Below are positions 56,272 through 64,000 of a stretch of DNA of 64,000 nt, one piece after another. Within the stretch, counting starts at the first letter, position 1, and the number at the start of each line of letters is the position of its first letter. The translations under genes were made by a program, and so were the position numbers. The stretch comes from Alphaproteobacteria bacterium. GTDB taxonomy: Bacteria; Pseudomonadota; Alphaproteobacteria; Bin95. The notes under the pieces were generated by a model. That model saw only the letters and a program-made list of their open reading frames with translations, ran no database searches and had not been told where the DNA came from. The DNA lies in assembly GCA_963665325.3 (NCBI GenBank), contig CAXXWS020000002.1, forward strand, positions 1,024,001 through 1,088,000, given 5' to 3'.

Positions 56272-57723
56272 ATGAAGCTGAACGATCCGTCCCTGCTGCG
56301 GCAGCAATGCTATATCGACGGCGCCTGGTGCGATGCGGACAGTGGCGAGACCGTTCCGGTCACCAATCCGGCCAACGGCGAGGTTCTGGGCACGGTGCCG
56401 AAAATGGGTGCCGCAGAAACGCGACGCGCGATCGAGGCGGCGGAACGGGCATGGCCGGCCTGGCGGTCGAAGACCGCGAAGGAACGCGCCACGGTGCTGC
56501 GCCGCTGGCACGACCTGATGATGGAGAACCAGGAAGACCTGGCGGTGCTCATGACAGCGGAGCAGGGCAAGCCGTTGGCCGAATCGAGGGGCGAGATCGT
56601 CTATGGGTCGTCCTTCATCGATTGGTTTGCGGAGGAAGGCCGGCGCGTTTACGGCGACACGATTCCGCCGCACCAGGCAGACAAGCGCGTCCTGGCGATC
56701 AAGCAGCCGGTGGGTGTGTGCGCGGCAATCACGCCCTGGAACTTCCCGAACGCGATGATTACCCGCAAGGCCGGTCCCGCGCTCGCGGCCGGCTGCCCGA
56801 TGGTGCTGAAGCCCGCATCGGCCACCCCCTTCTCGGCGCTGGCGCTTGCGGAGCTTGGCGAACGAGCGGGCATTCCGAAGGGCGTGTTCAGCGTTGTCAC
56901 CGGCGCGTCGGGCGCCATCGGCACCGAGATGACGACCAGCCCCATCGTGCGCAAGCTGTCCTTCACCGGCTCGACCGAGATCGGCAAGGTGCTGATGGCG
57001 CAGTGCGCCAGCACGATCAAGAAGATCTCGCTTGAACTCGGGGGCAATGCGCCCTTCATCGTGTTCAACGACGCCGACCTGGACGCGGCGGTGGATGGAG
57101 CGCTCGCCTCAAAATACCGCAATATGGGCCAGACCTGCGTATGCGCGAACCGGCTCCTGGTGCAGTCCGGCGTCTATGAGGATTTCGCGGCGCGTTTGAG
57201 CCAGGCGGTGTCCGGCATGTCTGTTGGCGACGGAATGCAGGAGGGTGTGCTGCAGGGCCCGCTGATCGACATGAGCGCGGTCGAGAAGGTTGAGGAGCAT
57301 ATCGAGGATGCGCTCGCCAAGGGCGCGCGCGTCGTGGTTGGCGGCGGTCGGCACGAACTGGGCGGTACCTACTTCAAGCCGACGGTGCTGGCAGACGTGA
57401 CGCCCGGCATGAAGGTTGCACGCGAGGAGACTTTTGGTCCGCTGGCGCCTCTCTTCCGTTTCGAGGAAGAGGACGAAGCCATTGCCATGGCCAACGACAC
57501 CGAATTCGGCCTCGCCGCCTATTTCTACACCCGCGATCTCGGCACGGCGTGGCGCGTGTCCGAGGGTCTCGAATACGGCATTGTCGGCGTTAATACCGGC
57601 CTGATCTCCGCTGCCGAGGCGCCCTTCGGCGGGGTCAAGGAGTCGGGCATCGGCCGAGAGGGCTCGCACTACGGCATCGAGGACTATCTGGAAGTCAAAT
57701 ATCTGTGCATGGCCGTCGGCTGA
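56272..57723 (+). CDS. gabD: NAD(P)-dependent succinate-semialdehyde dehydrogenase
   Basis: ITPWNFPNAMITRK, LELGGNAP, GQTCVCANR, EETFGP. Confidence 0.93.
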   Translation: MKLNDPSLLRQQCYIDGAWCDADSGETVPVTNPANGEVLGTVPKMGAAETRRAIEAAERAWPAWRSKTAKERATVLRRWHDLMMENQEDLAVLMTAEQGKPLAESRGEIVYGSSFIDWFAEEGRRVYGDTIPPHQADKRVLAIKQPVGVCAAITPWNFPNAMITRKAGPALAAGCPMVLKPASATPFSALALAELGERAGIPKGVFSVVTGASGAIGTEMTTSPIVRKLSFTGSTEIGKVLMAQCASTIKKISLELGGNAPFIVFNDADLDAAVDGALASKYRNMGQTCVCANRLLVQSGVYEDFAARLSQAVSGMSVGDGMQEGVLQGPLIDMSAVEKVEEHIEDALAKGARVVVGGGRHELGGTYFKPTVLADVTPGMKVAREETFGPLAPLFRFEEEDEAIAMANDTEFGLAAYFYTRDLGTAWRVSEGLEYGIVGVNTGLISAAEAPFGGVKESGIGREGSHYGIEDYLEVKYLCMAVG

Positions 57724-57726
57724 ACC

Positions 57727-58398
57727 TTGGGTGCGGACAAGGAGAAGCGGGTCGCGGCGGCGCGCGCCGTCGGTCTGATCGAGGCTGGCATGACGATTGG
57801 CCTCGGGACGGGGAGCACCGCGGCCCATGCCATTCGACTGATCGGTGCGCGTGTCCGCGAGGGGATGACCCTGCGCGGCGTGCCGACATCGGAACAGAGC
57901 GCCGCGCTTGCACGCGCGGAGGGTATTCCGCTGGTCGACCTGAACGAGGTCGAGCGCGTGCATCTCGCTATCGACGGTGCGGATGAGGTGGATGGCGGAA
58001 AGCGGTGTATCAAGGGCGGCGGCGGGGCGTTGCTCAGGGAGAAGATCGTTGCGTGCGCGGCGGACCGCCTGGTCGTCATCGTCGATTCCGGCAAGACGGT
58101 GGAATGCCTGGGCGCTTTCCCCCTGCCGGTCGAAGCAATCCCCTTCGCCCGTGAGCAGGTGCGCCGTCGCATAGAGGCGCTAGGCGCTTCGGCCGCGCTT
58201 CGCACAGATAGCGCCGGACCTTTTATTACCGACGAAGGCAACCATATTCTGGATTGCCGGTTCGGCAGGATCGACGATGTCTCCGGTCTGGCGGCGCAGC
58301 TCAGCGCCATTCCGGGCATTGTCGAGCATGGACTGTTCATCGGAATGGCTGACGACGTGATCGTCGGCCGGGGCGGCACCGCCTGTTTCATGGAGTGA
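57727..58398 (+). CDS. rpiA: Ribose-5-phosphate isomerase A
   Basis: GLGTGST, IDGADEV, IKGGGGALLREK. Confidence 0.96.
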   Translation: MGADKEKRVAAARAVGLIEAGMTIGLGTGSTAAHAIRLIGARVREGMTLRGVPTSEQSAALARAEGIPLVDLNEVERVHLAIDGADEVDGGKRCIKGGGGALLREKIVACAADRLVVIVDSGKTVECLGAFPLPVEAIPFAREQVRRRIEALGASAALRTDSAGPFITDEGNHILDCRFGRIDDVSGLAAQLSAIPGIVEHGLFIGMADDVIVGRGGTACFME

Positions 58399-58410
58399 GG
58401 CAAAAGCCGG

Positions 58411-59760
58411 ATGGCCCAATACGACTACGACCTGTTTGTGATCGGCGCCGGATCGGGCGGCGTGCGCGCGGCGCGCATCGCCGCCGGCCACGGTGCGCGG
58501 GTGGGTATCTGCGAGGAGAGCCGCGTCGGCGGCACCTGCGTTATCCGGGGCTGCATCCCCAAGAAGCTGCTGGTCTATGCCTCCCATTTCGCCCGCGATT
58601 TCGAGGATGCGTGCGCCTATGGCTGGGGTCCGGCCGCAAACGGTTTCGACTGGTCGCGGCTGATCGCCAACAAGGACCGGGAGATCGACCGTCTGAACGG
58701 CATTTACCTGTCCCTGCTTTCAGGCGCAGGCGTCGAACTGGTTGAGGAACGCGGCGTCCTGGAGGATGCACATACGATTCGCCTGGGAGGACGGCGCATC
58801 ACCGCCGACAAGGTGCTGGTAGCGGTCGGCGGATGGCCCTGGATGCCCGACATTCCGGGAATCGATCACGCGATTACCTCGAACGAGGCGCTTGAGCTGA
58901 AGACCCGGCCCGACCGTATCCTGATCGTCGGCGGAGGTTATATCGCGGTCGAGTTCGTCAACATTTTCCACGGCCTGGGTGTCGAGACCGTGGAAATGAT
59001 CCGCGCCGAGCACCTGTTGAACGGCTTCGACGACGATATTCGCAAGGAACTCGGCCAGCAGATGCAGGCGGACGGCGTCGAGATCGTCAACCGCACCAAT
59101 CCGACAGCTATAGAGAAAACGAACAACGGCTACCGCGTTACGACCGATACCGGCCGGACAATCGAAACCGACCTTGTCATGTTTGCGACCGGCAGGAACC
59201 CCAACACTGCCGGCCTCGGCCTGGAAGCGGCCGGGGTCGCGATGGACCGCAAGGGAGCGGTCGCGGTCGACGCGGACTCGCGGAGCTCTGTCGGGAATAT
59301 CTACGCCATCGGCGATGTGACAGACCGGCTGGCGCTGACCCCTGTTGCGATACGCGAGGGCCACGCCTTTGCCGACACCGTCTTCGGCAACAGGCCCTGG
59401 CAGGCGGATCATGCCAATGTGCCCACCGCCGTATTCAGCCAGCCGCCCATCGGCACGGTGGGCATGACAGAAGCCGAAGCGCGCACGAAACACGGCGAGG
59501 TCGATATCTACAAGAGTCGCTTCCGGCCGCTGAAGCACACGCTTACCGGCCGCGATGAGTTCACCCTGATGAAGCTGGTGGTGGACTCGGCAACGGACCG
59601 CGTGCTGGGCGCTCACATGATCGGCGCCGATGGCCCCGAGATCGCGCAGGGCCTCGGCATTGCCGTCAAGATGGGCGCGACCAAGGCCCAGTTCGATGCG
59701 ACGGTCGGCATCCATCCGACCGCCGCCGAAGAGTTCGTGACCATGCGCGAGCCGGCGTAA
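58411..59760 (+). CDS. gor: Glutathione reductase
   Basis: GGTCVIRGCIPKK, LTPVAI, HPTAAEEFVTMR. Confidence 0.95.
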   Translation: MAQYDYDLFVIGAGSGGVRAARIAAGHGARVGICEESRVGGTCVIRGCIPKKLLVYASHFARDFEDACAYGWGPAANGFDWSRLIANKDREIDRLNGIYLSLLSGAGVELVEERGVLEDAHTIRLGGRRITADKVLVAVGGWPWMPDIPGIDHAITSNEALELKTRPDRILIVGGGYIAVEFVNIFHGLGVETVEMIRAEHLLNGFDDDIRKELGQQMQADGVEIVNRTNPTAIEKTNNGYRVTTDTGRTIETDLVMFATGRNPNTAGLGLEAAGVAMDRKGAVAVDADSRSSVGNIYAIGDVTDRLALTPVAIREGHAFADTVFGNRPWQADHANVPTAVFSQPPIGTVGMTEAEARTKHGEVDIYKSRFRPLKHTLTGRDEFTLMKLVVDSATDRVLGAHMIGADGPEIAQGLGIAVKMGATKAQFDATVGIHPTAAEEFVTMREPA

Positions 59761-59776
59761 CCGGCCTGCCGCCCGT

Positions 59777-61399
59777 TTACTGGCGGGAGACTTCCACCTC
59801 CTTGCAGGTGATGAACTCCAGCAGGGCCGGCTGGCCCGCCTCGGTCGCCGCGATGCCGCGGGCGATAGCGGCTTGGATGTCGCCCGGATCGGTGACGCGC
59901 TCGCCATAGGCGCCGAAGGCCCGCGCCATGGCGGCGTAGTCGCCGGAAATATCCGTCGAGCGGAACTTCTCGGTCGAGACCGGCATGACCTTGAGCTCGA
60001 TGGCCATGGAGAAGTTGTTCAGCAGGATGGACAGGATCGGGATACGCTCGCGCACGGCCGTCTCGACATCCATGCCGGTGAAGCCAATGGCGGCATCGCC
60101 CCACACATTGATGCAGAGCTTTTCCGGGCAGGCGAGCTTGGCGCCCATGGCGAGGCCCAGGCCATAGCCGAGCTGCGTCGTCTTGCCCCAACCGATATAG
60201 GAGAGGGGCTCGGTCGCCTTCCAGAAGGGCGAGAGCTGGTCGCGCGGGCTGCCGGCATCGTGGGTGATGACGACGTTCTTCTTGTCCACCGCGCGCTCAA
60301 GTTCGGCCAGCACGCGATAAGGATTGAGGGGGGCTTCGTCGCTCTCGCGTTTGGCCGCCCATTCTGCGAGCCAGCTCTCCATGCCGGCCGCGATCTCGGC
60401 TGCGACACCGGCGGAATCGCGTGCGGGCTCTCCGGCCAGTGCACCCAGCAACGCATCGAGCGTCAGGGCGGCGTCGCCCACAAGGCCGAGCGCCACCGGT
60501 ACGTCCTTGTTCAGGTCCATCGCATCGAGCGTGGCGTGGATGACGGTCTTTCCCTTCGGCATGGAGACGCCGAAATTGGTCTCGGTGAAGCTGCAGCCGA
60601 TACCGAAGATCAGGTCCGACCGGTCGAGGAAGCTGCGCACCGGGCGCGGCATGGCAAGGCCGCCGGAGCCCAAGCTGAGCGGATGGTCTTCCGGGAAAGC
60701 GCTCTTGCCCTCAAGGCTGGTGCAAACGGGAATTGCCAGTTGCTCCGCCAGCGCTTTCAATTGCGGCCAGGCCTTCGCGTAGTGCACGCCCTGTCCGGCG
60801 TAGATGACCGGGCGTTTTGCCGCCTTGAGCATCTCCGCCGCCTTCGCCACGGCCTCCGGGTCGGGGCCGCTGCGGGTAGAGAGCACCGGTTCGTAGACGA
60901 GTTCGCCGGACAGTTCCTCGTTCATGAGGTCGGCGGGGACCTCAACGACGACCGGGCCGCCGCGTCCGTTGCGCAGGCGAGTGAAGGCACGGCGCATGAC
61001 ATTGCCGATCTCTTCCACGGAAGTGATCGGCTCCGTCGATTTCGCGATCGGCTTCATCGCTTGGGTCGAGTTGAAATTCGGGTGGATGTGCGCGATGCGC
61101 TGCGGATAGCCCATCGGTATCACGAGCAGCGGGACCGATTCGCCATATGCCTGGGCGATGCCGCCATAGGCGTTCTCGGAGCCGGGACCGTGTTGCATGG
61201 CGAAGACGCCGAGACTGTCGCCCGAGGTCATGCGCGATATGGCGTCCGCCATATGCAGGCCGACGCGCTCCTGTCGGACGATGATCGGGCGGATATCGAG
61301 ATGCGCGGCATATTCGAGCACATGGTTCACCGGATAGCCGATGATCGTCCCGATACCTTCGCGCTTCAGGATTTCCGAAATCGCTTCGACGGCCTTCAT
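59777..61399 (-). CDS. Thiamine pyrophosphate-dependent enzyme (acetolactate synthase-like)
   Basis: RQER...MADA, GPG, GDAAIGF...NN TPP motif. Confidence 0.9.
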   Translation of the reverse strand: MKAVEAISEILKREGIGTIIGYPVNHVLEYAAHLDIRPIIVRQERVGLHMADAISRMTSGDSLGVFAMQHGPGSENAYGGIAQAYGESVPLLVIPMGYPQRIAHIHPNFNSTQAMKPIAKSTEPITSVEEIGNVMRRAFTRLRNGRGGPVVVEVPADLMNEELSGELVYEPVLSTRSGPDPEAVAKAAEMLKAAKRPVIYAGQGVHYAKAWPQLKALAEQLAIPVCTSLEGKSAFPEDHPLSLGSGGLAMPRPVRSFLDRSDLIFGIGCSFTETNFGVSMPKGKTVIHATLDAMDLNKDVPVALGLVGDAALTLDALLGALAGEPARDSAGVAAEIAAGMESWLAEWAAKRESDEAPLNPYRVLAELERAVDKKNVVITHDAGSPRDQLSPFWKATEPLSYIGWGKTTQLGYGLGLAMGAKLACPEKLCINVWGDAAIGFTGMDVETAVRERIPILSILLNNFSMAIELKVMPVSTEKFRSTDISGDYAAMARAFGAYGERVTDPGDIQAAIARGIAATEAGQPALLEFITCKEVEVSRQ

Positions 61400-61464
61400 G
61401 GGGATGCCACTCCTGTAGGTTCGCCCTAAACTTGCCGGAGCCGGGAGCGAGAGGGAAGAGCCGG

Positions 61465-62346
61465 ATGCAGCATGCGACCTTGAAGACCGTTGGCATACTC
61501 AGCCCCGGCGATATGGGGCATGGCGTGGGACGGGCCTTGCGGGAGTTCAATGGCCTGCGCGTCGTCACTGACCTGTCGGGGCGGAGCGACAGGACGCGTG
61601 GCCTTGCCGAGGCGGCCGGGTTCGAGGATGCGGGTTCGCTCGACGCCGTGGTCGCGGCATCGGACCTCGTGTTGTCGATCATGCCGCCGGCTGCGGCGAA
61701 GGGATTCGCAGCGAGGATTGCGCCTCTGATCGGCTCCGATGGGCCGATCTTCGCAGACATGAATGCCGTGGCGCCCGAAACGGCGCGCCGAATTGCGTCC
61801 CGCTTCCCGGCAGAGCGTTTTGTGGACGGCGGCATTGTCGGACCCTCTCCCAAGGCGCCGCAGCCGACCCGTTTCTATGTGTCCGGGGCTCCGGCTGCCG
61901 CGATGGAGGCGTTGGCCTCGGAAAGGATTGCGGTCCGTCCGCTGGGTCCCGAAATCGGCCGGGCGTCGGCGCAAAAGATGCTCTATTCGGCCCTCAACAA
62001 GGGTTACTGGGCGCTTCAGGCGGCCGTATTGACGGCGGCCGAACGCGCGGGGCTGGCCGAAGAGCTGCGCGCCGAACTCGCCTTCAGCCAGCCGGCCGTG
62101 CTCGCACGCATGGAGGAACGGATCGGAATGCTGCCCTCCGATGCCCACCGCTTCCATCCGGAGATGGCGGAAGTTGCGGCCTTTTTTGAAAGCCTCGGCA
62201 TGACGTCCGGCTTCCACAAGGGCGCCGAAGACCTGTTCCGGCTGCTGGAGCGAACACCGCTGGCCGAGGAAACGCGGGAGACCTGGGACCGCGAGCGTCC
62301 GCTCCGGGAATCCATCCGTATTTTCGCGGAAGCCGTCGAGGAATAA
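61465..62346 (+). CDS. NAD(P)-dependent oxidoreductase, 6PGD-like with DUF1932
   Basis: GILSPGDMG, DMNAVAP, VDGGIVGP, ASAQKMLYS. Confidence 0.82.
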   Translation: MQHATLKTVGILSPGDMGHGVGRALREFNGLRVVTDLSGRSDRTRGLAEAAGFEDAGSLDAVVAASDLVLSIMPPAAAKGFAARIAPLIGSDGPIFADMNAVAPETARRIASRFPAERFVDGGIVGPSPKAPQPTRFYVSGAPAAAMEALASERIAVRPLGPEIGRASAQKMLYSALNKGYWALQAAVLTAAERAGLAEELRAELAFSQPAVLARMEERIGMLPSDAHRFHPEMAEVAAFFESLGMTSGFHKGAEDLFRLLERTPLAEETRETWDRERPLRESIRIFAEAVEE

Positions 62347-62384
62347 GCTGGCAGCGGCAAGAGCACGAACGGGGAGGGCGACGG

Positions 62385-63167
62385 ATGGCGTCGGCAAGGC
62401 GGCTCGAAGGCAAGGTGGCGATGATTACCGGCGGTGCGTCGGGTATAGGGGCCGAGAGCGCGCGCCTGTTTGCGGAGCACGGTGCGGGTGTAGCGGTTGC
62501 GGACATCAACGATAATCTCGGGCCGTTGGTCGTCCGGCAGATTGAGGAGGCCGGCGGCGCGGCCTGCTATGTCCATCTCGACACGGTGGACGAGGACCAG
62601 TGGCGCGAGGCGGTCAAGTCGGTGCTCAACCGCTTCGGGCGGCTCGACATAATGCTGAATGCGGCGGGCGTGTCGGGCCGGATGCCGGACGGTTCGGCGG
62701 CCCCGCGCATCGGCGAGGCGGACCTGGCGAACTGGAACCGGGTCATGGACGTGAACTCGACCGGCGTCTTTCTCGGAACGAAACACGCCATCGAGGCGAT
62801 GCGGGCTAGCGGGGGCGGGTCGATTATCAATATCTCGTCGATCTACGGCATTGTGGGCTCCGTCCACAATGCCGCCTACCACGCCTCCAAGGGCGCGGTC
62901 AGAACCCTCAGCAAGTCGGCCGCTGCCCAATACGCGACCGAGGGCATACGGGTGAACTCGGTTCATCCCGGCTTCGTCGATACTCCGATGACGGAAACCG
63001 TCCACAGCAGCCCGGAGCTGGCGCGCCCGCGGCTCGACCAGACGCCGATGGGACGGTTCGGCCAGCCGGCCGATATCGCCAATGGCTGCCTGTTCCTGGC
63101 AAGCGACGAGTCGGGCTGGATGACCGGTGCGGAACTGGTGATCGACGGCGGCATGACAGCCGTTTGA
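62385..63167 (+). CDS. Short-chain dehydrogenase/reductase
   Basis: TGGASGIG, NAAG, YHASK, NSVHPG. Confidence 0.93.
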   Translation: MASARRLEGKVAMITGGASGIGAESARLFAEHGAGVAVADINDNLGPLVVRQIEEAGGAACYVHLDTVDEDQWREAVKSVLNRFGRLDIMLNAAGVSGRMPDGSAAPRIGEADLANWNRVMDVNSTGVFLGTKHAIEAMRASGGGSIINISSIYGIVGSVHNAAYHASKGAVRTLSKSAAAQYATEGIRVNSVHPGFVDTPMTETVHSSPELARPRLDQTPMGRFGQPADIANGCLFLASDESGWMTGAELVIDGGMTAV

Positions 63168-63177
63168 CTGCAGACCG

Positions 63178-64000
63178 CTACTTGCCGGTCAGAATGCGCT
63201 CAAACAGCTGCTTGACGGTCGGGACGAAACCGTCCGCATAGAACGGGTCCGAGTGGAAGCGGTAAGCGTTGTGGCCGGAGAACATCAACTGTTCCTCGAC
63301 CGACCCGCCGTGGCTAATCTGTTGCAGCGTTTTCTGGATACAGAAGGAGCGGGGGTCGGCCTTGCGCCCGGTCGTGCCCGCCTCGTTCTGCGACCAGTTG
63401 CTGAACTGGCAAGCCGACAGGCAGCCCATGCACTCGATCTGATCCGTAAGGATCTGCCGCCGGCGCTCGGGCGTCACGAACACCAGTGTCGAGTCCGGCG
63501 TGCGCATCCCTTCCGAGAAACCCGCCTCGATCCAGGCTTCGGCGCGCGTCCTGTCGTCAGCCGATACATAGACCGGGCGACCGCGCGGGCCGACCGGGAA
63601 GGCAACATCGTGGCCGCCGACGGGCTCGGTCGAAAAGGCGATCTGGTGCTCGGCGCGCTCGCGCAATTCGTCGAGAAACGTGTTGCGCACCGCCGACGAA
63701 TAGAAGCCGGTCGGGCTGAAGCGATTGAGGAAGACATCGCCTTCCTTGAGTGTCAGCAGCTTGCGCTTCCACTCATCGGAAATCGGGCTTTCCTGGGTAA
63801 GCAGCGGTCGGGTGCCGAACTGGAAAGCGACCGGGGCAATCTCCGGGTCCTCGATCCAGTGCGACCACTCGTCGAGGCACCAGACGCCGCCCGCCATGAT
63901 AATCGGGACATGCGCCAGCCCCACCTCGGTCATCTGCCGGCGTAGCTGGACGACGCGCGGTCGGGGGTCCTCAGGCCGGTTCGGATCCTCGACGTTGGAG
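63178..64000 (-). CDS. Nitronate monooxygenase / 2-nitropropane dioxygenase-like flavoprotein (5' partial)
   Basis: PIIMAGGVW, FQFGTRPLLTQES, FCIQKTL, LMFSGHN; frame open to window end. Confidence 0.75.
   Translation of the reverse strand, partial: SNVEDPNRPEDPRPRVVQLRRQMTEVGLAHVPIIMAGGVWCLDEWSHWIEDPEIAPVAFQFGTRPLLTQESPISDEWKRKLLTLKEGDVFLNRFSPTGFYSSAVRNTFLDELRERAEHQIAFSTEPVGGHDVAFPVGPRGRPVYVSADDRTRAEAWIEAGFSEGMRTPDSTLVFVTPERRRQILTDQIECMGCLSACQFSNWSQNEAGTTGRKADPRSFCIQKTLQQISHGGSVEEQLMFSGHNAYRFHSDPFYADGFVPTVKQLFERILTGK

Overview
The left ~41 kb is a GC-rich integrative conjugative element (ICE) whose left end lies outside the window. It carries the 3' end of a Calx-beta/autotransporter adhesin, a frame-split FseA-like (DUF6499-DUF2285) activator, a complete IS21 with a 5-bp target duplication, and an RdfS-like excisionase heading a complete F-type T4SS operon (pilin, traL E K B V C, trbI, peptidase, traW, traU, trbC, traN F H G). 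TraD and a MOBF relaxase follow, then a NYN protein and an RHH protein. After these come an oriT whose nic core matches F plasmid, a leading region with a strand-specific Frpo-like ssDNA promoter and several unknown genes (including a 7x C4 zinc-finger repeat protein), HU, hicBA, and three tandem tyrosine integrases (one truncated) abutting a truncated catalase. The right ~22 kb is ordinary alphaproteobacterial chromosome (moaE/D, mobB, pgsA, PDH operon, lipA, msrA, gabD, rpiA, gor, etc.) with a 264-bp MITE and a phosphatase/ADP-ribosylglycohydrolase fusion. All calls come from motif recognition by eye; no database searches or folding programs were run.
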